Source: Paragordius varius
Taxonomy: Eukaryota > Animalia > Nematomorpha
DNA: 64,000 nucleotides
Direction: 5' to 3'
NCBI GenBank assembly: GCA_964247055.1
Contig: OZ176051.1
Location: 10,044,001 to 10,108,000 of the forward strand
Every line of letters begins with the position of its first letter. Positions within the stretch are counted from its first letter, which is position 1. Shown here in pieces: positions 1 to 13,034 of the stretch. Under the pieces are notes generated by a model, which was not told the DNA's origin, searched no databases, and saw only the letters and a program-made list of their open reading frames with translations. Made by a program: the position numbers and the translations under genes.

Positions 1-924
1 ATAGCATTTTATATGTTTAGATGAATAAAAAAACAATTATCCATCATATTGAATATCCTTAACACTTTATTATCTTTTCACTTTTGTCCTTGTTTACATT
101 TAGGTAATTTTTTTATCCCAGAGCTCAGTTTTGTAAATTAACTACTGTTATGAAAGTTACTCTTAAAATATAGTTATCAAACATTTTCGTGTAGGAGATA
201 AAAAGCTTATATTTAAATTATGTGACTTTTAAAGTCTTACATTGGAACAACTAAAAATTAGATAGAACCAAGACATTATATTAAAATTAAAATATATCGA
301 TTTTCCTGGTAAAATTAGGGGCGAAAAACATTTGATATGAGGATTTTTTACAAATTACATTTAAATTTATGGGATAATGAGCCTAAAAGACCAATTTTTA
401 AATTCAGCTCAACGTAAATACTTTTATGGTCAAATTTTGAATCACTAGGATATAAAAAGTTTCAAATTTGATTATCACGAATTTTTTACAATTGCATTAA
501 ATAAAAATTATTGTATCTGCTCAAACTAATAAAAGTTTTTTTTCAAAGGTTTTATGCTAAAGTATTTAAATTAGCCCTGGGCTATAAAACTCCCCCAAAT
601 GGTCCAATTGTAAGTTAATCATATATATTTTTATGACCAGATCTAAAATTAATCCCGTCTTAAGAGCTTAAAGATGCAATTTTTATAACTGTTTTACAAA
701 ATTTAAACTCAAAATAAGCATTTTAGGGGCATAAAAAGCACTTTTAGAGCCGCATAGTATCGCTGTTCCAGCCCAATGGTAATAAGAAAAAGCTGATGAT
801 TAAATTTCGAGAAATAACCTTAAATTTATATTACCATTTTAATTTAAATTGGGTTTTCTAGTGACCTCAAACAATATTAATATATTTTCAAATACTGAAA
901 GAAACGGTTCCGCACGCTTTTCTC

Positions 925-1836
925 TTAACACTCGGATATGAATTGTGGTATTAAAGACCAAATTTAGGATTTTTAAAAAACTTCTTAAAGAATCGGTCCC
1001 AATTTAAATTTATGCTTCTATCCTAATAATTATATATGTATGAATATCTAAATAAAATTTTTTGAATTAAAAGTTCCATGTCAATTTACTTCGACGCCAT
1101 ATTTTACAAAGTAATCGTAAAATATGGATTTTATTTAATTTTAGGTCAAAATTAAAGTTAATTTTTTATTTAAATCATATCTAACCTTGATAAAAATAGA
1201 AAAGTGGTTTATATTGTATTATTTTTTAATTTTACCATTGCACACATGGCACGTCGACTTAATTTTTGCCTTTGAGTATTAGCTTAAAACAAGTAATATC
1301 AAATTATTGAATAAAGTTTTTTATATATTGTATCAGTGAAAAATTTTTCATGGTTTCGATTCCTCCCATATTGTTTAGGAAATTCTGTTTAATAATAAAT
1401 ATTTAAAAAATATGAAAGGAATCGAAATCACGGCAAAAATTTGCATTTATGTAGCATTAATGAACTAAATAATAAATTATTCTAAAATCTTTGTATTTTT
1501 TAATTTATAAAGATAATAATTTAGTCAACATGACATGGTGTATTAACTAAAGTTAAAAATATAACAAACCATTTTTGCTTTTATCATTAGATGTAATTCA
1601 AATAAATATTAGCTTTAGTTTTAGCTATTTGCTATAATGTTTTTAAATAATGATGGTGTCGATGTAATTTGATATGGAATATTTTTTCTAAACTAAATTT
1701 TGTTTAGCTTTCGGCTTTTTTATAAAATATCATAATATAAGCATAAATTTAAGTTGGAACCGTTTTTTCATTAGTTTTTTTAATTATATCAACTTAAGTC
1801 TATATTTAGATACCCCAATTTAAATCAAAGTGTTAA
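925..1836. mobile_element. Composite palindromic MITE: two head-to-head copies of the TTAA-CAC-terminus family
   Basis: Starts TTAACACTCGG (925) and ends AAAGTGTTAA (1836). 925-~1380 matches the reverse-oriented copy at 4614-5131 and ~1380-1836 matches the forward copy at 16440-17014 (shared GTTCCATGTCAA / TTGACA..GAAC and TATTTAGATACCCCAATT blocks). Confidence 0.65.
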
Positions 1837-2105
1837 TATAACAATTTTACACCACAGTAAGTTACATAATTTGTAATGAAGTAACATTGCAAAATTATAG
1901 TTAATCCATAACATATATAGGTGTTTATGAATGAATATATATTGTGTCGTTTCTAAATTTGATCCAGAAAATATAGGAGTGCACATTTTATTTCTGAATT
2001 GAACCGGATAATCAATGCGCACCATCGATCTCAATTATTAAAATTATTTATACATCGTGAGAAAATATAATTAATACATCAGTCTAAAACCAAATACATC
2101 CTGGT

Positions 2106-4177
2106 TAGGGTAACCAGATTTTTAAATGGAAAAAGCGGGACTATGAACGGAGAAGGAGTTACTATCAAAAATTTTATAAAACAATAATATCGTAATATTT
2201 TTTATTTAAAATAATACAATATATCAATTTTATTTGCGTGAATTTGAGCAGGTTGTTAACATTTTTTAATATATCATAATAATCTTCGCAAGAATTTATT
2301 AAATTATTTGACATATAAAATGGCTTTCAGAATTTCAATATTTAATTTTGATTTTTCTGTTGTTCACACTTAATTTACTGTTAAAAAATGCGTTCCGTCG
2401 CAGCATTAGTTCCAGGTAAAGAGAGTGCGAATGACACAATTTTTAAAACATTATTGTAAGGAACGTTTATTTCAAAATGTTAAAATATCTCCAACCATTT
2501 GTCCTTTACTGTTATTTTTTCTTATGCCCAATATAGAGCCTTTCCTTATCAATATATTTTTTAAATAATGAGACTTCATTAAAACATTATTTTCAGAAGT
2601 ATTACTATGGAATTTTAAAATATAGAACATCGTACTAAGTTAATTCTGGTACTGAAATCCAATAAAAATGATCAATATCATTGAATTGTAATATCTCGTT
2701 TTCTAAATTATCTTTAAGCTGGTATAAAACATTTTATGGTTCACGATTTACGGACGGTTTATTGCACCTTGCTCTTCGAGCTCGTTTATTGCGAATAGTT
2801 AATGGCTGAAAATTATTTTTAACCTCTCTTGACATTGATTAAATTTTATATTATTAACTTCATTTGCTATTTCGATTGCAGTTAGGTTTAATGACGTTTT
2901 GAAAAAGAGCAACTTTTTGTAGAACTCTAGCCATTTATAATAATTTACTTAAAAAAACTTTTCCGAAATTGTAGGACATTTATCTTGCGATTAAAAGTAG
3001 AATATTAAGGAGCTAACCGAGCGTTTTACAGTATTTAAGTATTTTTTGATATTCAACTGCATTTTCAGAAAATTCTTTAAGCGTTTTAACGCTTACAGTG
3101 TATATATAGATATAAGAATATATTATAACAACAAAATTTATCACATATACTGGTAACAAGTCGGCAGCTGTTTAAATAGTGCTATGTATCATATGCGCTG
3201 CACACCCAACACCAATATATTTTGTTTCAAATCTTTCGCTAATTTATAAAAATATTATTTATGCCTCTTCTCACTTTTCCTCCAAAACGAGTATTCGTTC
3301 TGTACAGTATGCGATATTGGTTTTAATTTATTTTTTTTACAAAATATCAATATTAGAACTCAAATATTTTAGAACTTTTACTGAGTAAAGAAATAAAATC
3401 TAAAATATTAACCCCTGTATCTGTCAAAATATTTTATGATGGTTGGAAATAATTTTTTTTCTTTATGATTAGATGCGGCAGAATATTTGGATATAAAATT
3501 GATTTTATGTAAATTATTTTTTATTTCTGAAAATGCCATATAGGGAAGGCACATTACATACTATTGCATCGGCCTTTGTTCTAGAACGGGTAGATTTATT
3601 AAATATCTTTCTGATAAATTGTGATTACAATCCATAAATCTAAAGGAATGATTGCAAATTACACGTGATATATAAGTCCTTCTACTAATAGTAATATATT
3701 CGTCTCCATAAGTTGTTTTTTGTTGATAAAATCTGGTATTTTGGAAGATGATGCAGCAGTATTCAAACATTTTATGTTTCTGTCTCTCCAAATGCATTGA
3801 TAATCCTTCTTTCCGCCGTGCAAAATACTGAATTCGCCATTGCATGTTTAAATTTAAGTATGTAGTCCTTTTTAGTTAATAAAAGGAAAATCACTTCCTT
3901 AATCATCGGTGATTTATCCTCTTTTTGTACTCATTTTGTTAAATATCTAAAATAAATTTTACCAATATAACACATATTATAATTTTCTATAATAAGCGTA
4001 AGTAGAAGGCTTGATTTGACTGTTCTAATAGCACTACGAACACAAAAAAGCGCAAAACAATGAGTGATATAATATATATCTGGATTCTAAAAGTCGGAAC
4101 TTTCAGAAAAATGTAGCGGGACACCTGATAAATGGCAAAAATTGGGACTGTCCCGCCAGAAGAAGGATGTTACCCTA
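2106..4177 (-). mobile_element. hAT DNA transposon (Blackjack-like) with degenerate transposase
   Basis: TIRs TAGGGTAACCAG (2106) / GATGTTACCCTA (4177); 8-bp TSD ATCCTGGT/ATCATGGT (7/8); subterminal CGGGAC/GTCCCG motifs; minus-strand remnants HSFRFMDC (in ORF 3561-3845) and PGTNAATERIF (~2385-2416, hAT C-terminal dimerisation motif). Confidence 0.85.
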
Positions 4178-4613
4178 ATCATGGTTTTATATGCAGATAC
4201 ATGCAAACATTTTTCGAACGGTATCAATAAATTAAGCAGTCGCCGTTTCAATTAAGTTAAAAACTTTCGCACAAACCATAATTTTATAATAGATTTTACA
4301 ATAACTCTATAACGACTGTTCGCCATTTTCATATATTAATTTTTTTAAAAAAATTATCTATTATAATCGTAAAAATTATCTTGATATTCTATTTGATCAA
4401 ACTAGTCAACGAATTTGGTCTTTTTCAAGCACCACTACTCGAAAGATTAATATTTTAGATTAGGTGTTTATATACCAAATCTGAAAAAATTTTAATCCTC
4501 TAATCAGAATTTTGAGATATTACAGGTTTTAATTACTCAAAAACAACAGAAAATACAAAAAATATAAAAAATAAAATATAACTTTACAATAAAAATTATA
4601 TAAAATATATCAT

Positions 4614-5131
4614 TTAACACTTCGATTCAAATTAGGGTATCTAAATACCCCAGCTACATTTGTGTTTAAATTACAAAATTAGTGAATGAAACAGTCCTGA
4701 TTTAAATTATTGCTTCTTTCCTAATAAAAATTATATAAATATGCCAAAATATATTAATAAAATTTTGTTTTTTAAAAAAAGTTCCATGTCAAACTATTTC
4801 GACGCCTTTTTATTTTACAAATTTTTTTAATATGGTCTTCATTTAATTTTAAGCTAATATTTTATTTTATTTACATCTAACATTGATAGAAATAGAAAGA
4901 GCGGTATATTTTATTATTTTCAATTTAACCATTGCACACATGTCACGTTGACTATATTTTTACCTTTCGATTTTAGCTTAAAATAAGTAATATCAAGTAT
5001 TTTTTAATAAATTTTTTTTATATATTTCAGTTTATCAATATTCTATATTTTTAAAAGAATTTAATTTCAAACAGGCCTGGGGCATTTAACTACCCCAATT
5101 CAAATCAAAAAAAAGTTGTATCCAGTGTTAA
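4614..5131. mobile_element. MITE, TTAA-CAC-terminus family (reverse orientation)
   Basis: TTAACACTTCGATTCAAATTAGGGTATCTAAATACCCC ... GGGGCATTTAACTACCCCAATT...CCAGTGTTAA; homologous to 10732-11275, 16440-17014 and 61737-62200; no coding capacity. Confidence 0.75.
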
Positions 5132-6119
5132 TAAAGCCTTAAACTCTATCTTTTGAATATAAATATGTCATTTATAAATCAGGAGAAATAGTACGGGTAT
5201 AAACGTTAAAATGTTTTTTTAAAATTGTATTAAAAAAATACTAAAAGAGGCATTTTGTGCTTTAAACCTTCGGCTTTATGGTATATTTATTTTGTTAGTT
5301 GTTTGGTTATTTTTAGTACTTATTAGGGCTTTTTTCTTCGATTGAATACTAAGTTATACCTAGTGGATATCATTTATTTTCAAAATCTTTGAATGCGGCA
5401 TATTTTGAATTACCTATGGATTGGGCAACCATTTCTATTACTTAAATGATGGATATATTACCATACTGTTATAAACTACAATTACTGTCGACTTTTCCGA
5501 CTCTATTCTATAAATTGGTTAATTAGACATGTCATTTTCCCTAGATTTTGCTGACGTCAAATATGCAGGTTTCTACCTGGCTTTATGATCACCTATTGTA
5601 TCCTTTTCCATATCAATAGTTAGAGAAGCGCTTGGGGGATATTATTATGCAGTTGTGCAAGCCGCCAGGATCTACCACACCCCTTTTAGATTTTTAATAT
5701 TTTTGATTTTCATAACTACGGCTTAAAGCTTTTAATTTATTTAAATTCTTAAAGTTTCGTATCCTCTTTTATTTAAAACATAGAATATTAATTAATAATA
5801 TTTAATACAATAAATATTTATTTATTGTATATTGTCTATTTCAACATCGAGTAACAGGCCCGCTCGATAAGACGTATGTTTCGAGCAAAAGAAATAACAC
5901 TTCAGCAGCGATTTTGGGAGTTTTTTTTAATATAAAGATCGACGGTATTTTAAGATAAAGTTTTATTAAATGGACCATCAATAACATTTTCTGGGCAGTC
6001 TTTGTTAATTAAAAAATGTCCTGTGTTATCGTATAATGGGGCTGGTATACTTGGCATTTTTGCAATTTCGTTTAAAATTTATAATTAAAACCCTTAGGAA
6101 TAATACTTGCATTGACTTG

Positions 6120-6353
6120 TGTTACATGCAAATTTTAAATATATTTTGTTTGTGTATTATAATTTTCTGTGAGATTTGAATTATCTTATTTTTATATTTT
6201 TTTGTACTATGTAAATATTGTATCCTATGTTACTCGAAATTTTATTGTTATAATGAAAATTATGTTCACTTAAAAATAGTATATATAAGGCACAAAAAAA
6301 CCGAATAAATATCGTTTCAGGTTAACGTTTTATACTTTTGTTACCTTCTAACA
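6120..6353 (+). repeat. 5' LTR (234 bp)
   Basis: Direct repeat of 10154-10383, roughly 90% identical by eye; TG...CA termini. Confidence 0.95.
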
Positions 6354-6399
6354 TATTGTGACCTAGACGAGTTCCAGAAATAAGCTAGTGCTAGTGGAG

Positions 6400-9300
6400 G
6401 TCTTACCAATATCCAAACGAACATAACGCCACTTGCTAATCTAGCTAACTTATGCCAGACATATAATGATAATATTAAGTTTGTGGAATACGTTGATTAT
6501 ATGACAATTGATATGGAGGCGAAAGATATCCGTGTAACAGAACAAACTCTCAAAACAACGATGTTGGTTGTGCGCAAAATAAATCAACGACTGTATCCCA
6601 AAAAGATAAAAGATGCATCATGGAGCGAGATAATGTTAACCCTAAAAGTATTTAATCCTACAAAATAAAAATTTCAAAGCAGATTTGATTTTTTTCGACT
6701 TGTGCGAAGCAACGCTGAATCTTTCACCCAATTTTTAGAACGGGTTAAGATCACAGCCTAAGAGGCCAAATTCAATGATTCGATTGAGGAACGTATTCGG
6801 GATGCTTTCGTCATTGGTTTAAGGCAACCGCAATCGGAAATCGATAATTCAAGGTATCCCGATGCCGAGATCAACGAACAACCCGTGCCTCTAGAAACGA
6901 TAGAACGATAGTATCTCGCACTAGTACTGTTTACGGGAGCCAACAGCAAAACCCCTAACACATCCTGCAATCGTTGTGGGAGTAGCCATGGACCAAACAA
7001 ATGTCTTGCCTGGACGCAACTGCAATAAATACGGAACACCTAATCACTTTGCGAAAATGTGTAGATCAAAAAACACTGCCAAAATTTGTTCAACCGCCAG
7101 ATCCATAGAAAAGCAATGCCACCCGCACCATGGACCGTAAGAATAATGATAAACAACACAGAACAACGTTTATCTATGACACTGGAGCTGACATCAATGT
7201 TATCAGCTTTGAAACCAGGAAACAAGTTGGCAAGTCAAATATTAGACCCATGCCGCCAGTAAAAGCCTACAATATTAGTATAGTACCTCTACTGGGCGTA
7301 ACAATAGTCACAGTGCAAATCAATGGGCAAAACTTGGGGGACGCAGAATGTGGTGTATTGAAAGAAAATATGTCAAAGGCACCGCTCATTTGTGGCTTGG
7401 ACTGGATCACGTGATTTAACATCGACTTTCCTAAAGTACGAAATAACTTTCTTAAACTTGATAAAATTATTGAAAATTTTCCTAATCTATTTAAAGAGGA
7501 ATTAGGCTGTTACATTGAGCCAGTTACAATTCATATAGCATCCAATGCCTCCTCCAGGGTGTGGCCTTGCCCCCCACCGTTTCCTCTAAGAGCAAGTTGA
7601 AAACGAATTGCTAAGATTACAAAAGTGAGACATTTTGGAGCCAATAGATCTACACCTCTGACATGGGCCACGCCCACTGTTAATGCGCTCAAAGCGAATG
7701 GAGAGGTAAAAATTTGTAACGATTTTAGAGTTACATTCAACAATGGCTGACTGAGGACTCTCATATCATTCCAAAGTTTGATGATTTTGTAGAAAGATTG
7801 GCTAAGGCCAAGTTTTCACTAAGATTGATCTGAAAGATGCCTATCTAAAAATGCCCATAACTAAAGAATCACAACACCTCCTAACAATTGCAACTCACAA
7901 GGGATATTTCCGCTATAAAAGGATGCCTTTCGGACTGTCAGCACATTTTCCAACGGGTCAAGGACCAGGTTATAAAAGATTGTCCCGGCACTTGTGCATA
8001 TTTCGATGATGTTTTAGTAACTGGCAGATCTGAACAGGAACATTTAATAAATGTTAATAATGTTTTAAATCGGTTAGAATTAGCAGTTAGATTAAAAGAT
8101 AAAATAAAAATTGGTGAACCTTGAGTAAGTTATCTGGGATTCGGAATAAGTAATAAAGGTATATGTCCTTGCAAGAATAAAGTAAAAGCAATCAATGATT
8201 TAAAAAACCTGTAAATAAAAAATCTTTAAGAAGTTTTCTAGGAATTTTAACGTTCAATTAATGATTTATACCCAAGCTTCAATTGATTGTAAGTGATTTA
8301 CATAGTTAAACAAGTAAGAACGTCAGATGGAACTGGTCGGAAAAACATGAGAAAAGTTGGAAAGCAGCTAAGGAATTATTAAGTGAACAAGTATTTTTAA
8401 CACCATACAATCCGGATAGAAAATTAGTAATTGAAACCGATGCCTCACATAATGGGTTTGGATGTATTTTAAGTCATCTTGTAAATGGTGAAAGGAAACC
8501 CATTGTCTGTGGTTCAAGAAAATGTAGTACCGCAGAATTGAACTACTCCATGATAGAAAGGGGACTAAAGGCCATTTGCATTAGAAATGTTTCTTAACTT
8601 CGTTTATGGTAGAAAGTTTGATATTTTGACAGACCACTTACCACTGGTTAGATTGATAAATAGGGATATAAATTTGAAAGAATTTCAGAATGCAAAAGTT
8701 TTAAGATGGGTTAACCGACTGAATGATCATGATTTGGAATTAAGTTATCAGGCGGGTGCAAAAAATAGAGCCGATTACTTGTCAAGATGTCCCGGTGAAG
8801 ATAATTTTGCAATTGATAGAGACTAAATTTTAACGAGACATTTTTGGTTCTTAAATTGTCATAACGTTCATTTAAGTCGAGATAAGATCCGAAGAGAGAC
8901 AGTTAAGGATAAAATTTTGCAGAAGGTAATCAAGGCTATTCATAATCAAGATTGGAGTGATTTTGAGTTGGCTGGGTTTACGAACCGGAAAGGAGAAATT
9001 TTGTAGTAATACGGATTGCTAAGTTTGTACAATCAAATCATCATCCCGGAAAGTTTACAGGCGAATGTGGTCAATTATTTACACAGCGGGCATAATAATG
9101 TACGATAAAAGCAAAGGCAAGGTTTACCTGTTTTTGGCAAAAATTAGAGAACGATTTAATAGAGCGTACAGTCAATGTAGCTCTGTCAAGTAAACAAGCC
9201 AAGCCTAGGTGAAAACCCCACTTATCAATGGAATCCAAACGCTGCGATATGGGAGCGTTTACACATCGATATAGCGGGACCAGTGGTCGGGTATTTTTGG

Positions 9301-10142
9301 TTGTTGTTGATTAATAATCATCAAAATGGTCGGAAGGGTTTATTAAAATGGGTTAATTCAGTAAACATAATGCTCAACTGGAAACTGCCAGGTTTGGGTT
9401 TCCGAGGACGGAAATAAGTAATAACGCTTCTTATTTGAATAATTCGTACTTTACATCAACCCTGACAAACTTGGGAATTAAGCACGTGAGGGTAGCTCTC
9501 TATCATCCTAAAGTAAGGGATGGTAGAAAAGTTAGTGGGGACCCAGGGCAAGTATGGAAAAATCAAAAATTATAATATTTCACCGCAAGAAGCTTTTAAT
9601 ACTACTTTATGGACATACCGTAACTCAATTCACGCTACCACAAAAGAAACCCCCTTCCAACTACACTTTAAACGAGTCTCCACCCTTGACCTGGATTAAC
9701 ACAAAAACAATAGTCTTAGACGCATCCCGTCCCCGTCGTGAGTTTTCAATCGACCAACGCATAATGATGAAAAACGAACACAGTCCTGGATGGCGAGCCG
9801 GCGTTGTTGTTGATAGAACTGGTTTCCTTTCGTACAGTGTGTGGGATCAGAAAAACCAGAAGATTGTCAGAAAGAAGGCGGATCAGTTGAAACACGTAGA
9901 ACAGCCAAATCAACTACACCGGTCACTCAAAACAATAGCAACACAGTGATAACGACAATAACAGCAATAATAAAGGTAACAGTATAGATAATAATAATAA
10001 TAGTAATGACAATAATAATGATAAACTGAATGATAATATTAAAGAAAGTAGTAATGATAATATTAATAGCAATAATGACAATATTCCGCAAGAACGTCGT
10101 TACCCTGAGAGAATTCGGCGGAAGTCGGTCCGGTTTTCCTAA
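6400..10142 (+). pseudogene. gag-pol of the LTR element, with multiple stops and frameshifts
   Basis: Double zinc knuckle CNRCGSSHGPNKC...CNKYGTPNHFAKMCRS (~6965-7070, across a frameshift); protease FIYDTGADINV (~7165); RT KIDLKDAY, YKRMPFG and YFDD (7999-8010); RNase H ETDASHNGFG and ILTDHLPL; integrase WERLHIDIAGP (~9250); ends RRYPERIRRKSVRFS*. Start coordinate approximate. Confidence 0.9.
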
Positions 10143-10153
10143 GGAGGAATTGA

Positions 10154-10383
10154 TGTTACATGCAAATAAATATATATTTTGTTTGTATATCATGATTTTC
10201 TGTGAGATTTGAATTGTCTTATTTTTATATTTTGTTTTATGTAAATATTGTATCCTATGTTTCTCGAAATTTTAGTGTTATAATGAAAATTATGTTCACC
10301 TAAAAATAGTATATTTAAAGCACAAAAAAACCGAATAAATATCATTTCAGGTTAACGTTTTATACCTTTGTTACCTTCTGACA
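10154..10383 (+). repeat. 3' LTR (230 bp)
   Basis: Direct repeat of 6120-6353, preceded by the PPT and followed by TSD ACTTG. Confidence 0.95.
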
Positions 10384-10731
10384 ACTTGCTAAGTATTTTT
10401 ATATGACGAATTGTTATATTTAAATTAAATACAAAATTTTAAAATAAATGTTAGAAAAATCTTATGGGCCTCAAATTTTATTTTGTTTAGAAAACAGAAA
10501 ACACAAAAATATGGGTGATGCAAAACCTTGTTGAGCAGTGTTATTATTTGGAAAATTAAAGAATATTTAATAATATTTTTATTGATTTAAAAGTTTTTAG
10601 TGACCGGGGAAAAAGTTGATAAAATGAAATTTTTCGATTGACAGACTTGGAAATCATTTTGGACCAGAAATTAGTTAACTCTAAAAACGTTACAATTGAT
10701 TGGTATTTTTTAACATTGATATAGTAGGGTA

Positions 10732-11275
10732 TTAACACTTGAATACAACACATTCATTTCAGACTTTTAAATCAAATTAGGGTAGTTGGATACCCCAGGC
10801 CTGTTTAAATTTATATATTTTATAAACTATGGAAGGAATTGAAACCATGGCAAAATGCACTTATATAACATTGATAAACCGAAATATATATATTTTATTC
10901 CAAAATACGTGATATCACTTATTTTAAGCTAAAATTGAAAGATAAAATTTTCGCCACGACAGACATGTTTGAAATGATAAAATTAAAAAATAATACAAAA
11001 TAAACCGCTTTTTCTAATTCTATCAGCGTTAAATGTGAATAAAAATTAGCTTTAATTTTAAATTAAAAAAACGATTTTGTACAATAATTTTGTAAAATAA
11101 AAATTAGTCCGAAGTAGTTTGACATGGAACTTTTTTTCAAAACAAAGTTAGAAGATAATTTGACATATTTATATAATTTTTATTAGAATGGAAGACCGTT
11201 TTTTGGTATTTTTTTAAAAAAACTGACCTAAAAGTCTGGGGTATTTAGATACCCCAATTGGTATCAAGGTGTTTA
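10732..11275. mobile_element. MITE, TTAA-CAC-terminus family
   Basis: TTAACACTTGAATACAAC ... CTGGGGTATTTAGATACCCCAATT...GGTGTTTA; colinear with 16440-17014. Confidence 0.75.
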
Positions 11276-11876
11276 TTTGGTTTTACATAATGAGGCATCA
11301 TAATTTTGACGCTGTAACAAATATACTGGTTCCTTATATTCAAAAAACAAATTTTCTATAATTTGTCTAAAAAATTAGATCTATTTATTTGAAATTTCTG
11401 AATCTCGGCCACAAAAAAAGCGGCCGACGGCCGCGTATTGGACATTTCGGAACTCGATTTTATCAGCCCAGATCAAGGGTTCTACCTGGCATAATTAATA
11501 TTTGCTTAGTAGACAATTCTAAAAACAAGTAAACAAGTAAAGGGTGTAGCGTCGGAAGATCGTCGGCCACCTGCCGTCAAGGCAATCCCTACCCACCCGT
11601 AATGCATTGAGCTTCAGAGCGGGGAAACACATCGGAGGTTGGGGTTGACGTTAGTATCTACATACATAAATAAATGCCTTCATGTTAGATGTGTTAATGG
11701 GAGTTAGTATAGTTAATAAGCTATATATATATATTTTAAAAAAATGTTAATTTCGCATTGTTAAGTAGGTAAAAGCAATATTTCAATTTAAATAACCGTA
11801 CAAACAGGGTTTGATTACTCCAGAAAGTAAAGTCAAAGGTCTATGTCGGGTCAAATGTAGAGTTAATTTTAAGCTC

Positions 11877-13034
11877 TTATCTTTGGTGTAAAAGGGGGTC
11901 TTCTTTTGCTTCTAAATGAGTATGGCCTTTAGGTAAACCAATTTTGGAGATATTAGACATTACAAGCGTCAACGTTACCCCTTCGTGCGACCATGTTTCA
12001 GTTGTGCCTTCAGCTGGGACGCTAACCCGGGATAAGTGGTCGTTGAGCTTGCTCTGAGCTAAGTCTCAACTCCGACCAACAGAGATGTCGGAGATTGGTA
12101 ACCAGCCCTGCTCAAATATCAGCGGCTCCAACATTGCTTTCCAGGACGTCGTCCCACAATAATTGGCTAATAGTCTACTCAGAGTCGCGTCTTGCATGCT
12201 TTATACATTCAGTGGTACATTTTGTTCGTGGGATATCTGTGGGAAGCAGTCTATTTTCTTAACTAACTGTATAGGTGTTTACCATAAACAGATTTTGTTG
12301 TAAATATTACATCAATACGAACTGATAACAGAGCGTTGTAAAATAATTTATACCTTAATTATATGAATACTAACTGACATTAACAGAGCGTTGTAAAATA
12401 AAATTTATACCTTAATTACATCAATACTGACATTAACAAAGCGTTGTAAAATAAAAATTTATACCTTAATTACATATACTAACTGAAATTAACAGAGCGT
12501 TGTGAAATAAAAATTTATACCTTAATTACATCAATACTGACATTAACAAAGCGCTGTAAAATAAAAATTTATACCTCAATTACAATTAACTGACATTAAC
12601 AGAGCGTTGTAAAATAAAATTTATACCTTATCCAGCAGTGGGAATTAACCTTAAAATACTACCGACTTCGCAATAGTATCATTCAATCTGGAGCAAAGTA
12701 TCCGGTTCAAATAAAAGTTGAATATTGGTAATCAGCCCTTAAATATCAGCGGTTCCGATGTCATCTTCATATAGCAGGAAAGATTTGCGTTTGTTTCCAA
12801 CGGGATAGGATTAGTAACTCTGGTGCGTTTCCTCGTTGTCAAGAGCTTAAAAGTGATGGAGGTTTTCGGGGTATAATTGTAATCGCGTTCATCAGCGCAG
12901 CTTCAAGAGCTCAGTTGGCCACAGTTATTGATGTTTTTTTCGGTAAGTTGTAAGATCGGGGTCATTAAGGATTTACGGTCATTGTTCGATTCTAGCCTGG
13001 AGAGGATGTTGCGTAGCCGGTGCCATACATCCAT
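11877..13034 (-). other. Two related degenerate ORFs of unknown origin in a GC-richer block
   Basis: 13034-12651 (128 codons, internal TGA at 12903-12905 and 12732-12734) and 12197-11877 (107 codons, internal TGA at 12066-12068); shared motif EPLIFKG*LPI vs EPLIFEQGWLPI. Confidence 0.4.
12305..12630. repeat. Minisatellite, ~6 units of ~53-56 bp
   Basis: Unit consensus ACTGACATTAACAGAGCGTTGTAAAATAAAATTTATACCTTAATTACA...; head-to-tail with no unique spacers. Confidence 0.9.

Larger units (their letters stand above)
6120..10383 (+). mobile_element. Full-length Ty3/gypsy LTR retrotransposon (Mag-like), coding regions decayed
   Basis: LTRs 6120-6353 and 10154-10383 (TGTTA...TAACA/TGACA); perfect 5-bp TSD ACTTG (6115-6119, 10384-10388); PBS-like TTGTGACCTAGACGAG just after the 5' LTR; PPT AAGGAGGAA (10141-10149); domain order gag-PR-RT-RH-IN. 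Confidence 0.95.

Noticed and set aside
5850-5905. Minus-strand CTGAAG...CGAAACATACGTC hammerhead-like motif with possible GIY-YIG remnants at 5500-5690
   Set aside because: The core is mutated, stem II does not pair, the peptide similarity is marginal and the order does not fit a Penelope element.
9927-10212. ORF-track ORFs 9927-10193 (-) and 10030-10212 (+)
   Set aside because: Alternative-frame or antisense readings of the Asn-rich integrase tail and 3' LTR.
12305-12630. Regularly spaced repeats resembling a CRISPR array
   Set aside because: Units are contiguous with no unique spacers, no cas genes are present, and the context is eukaryotic.
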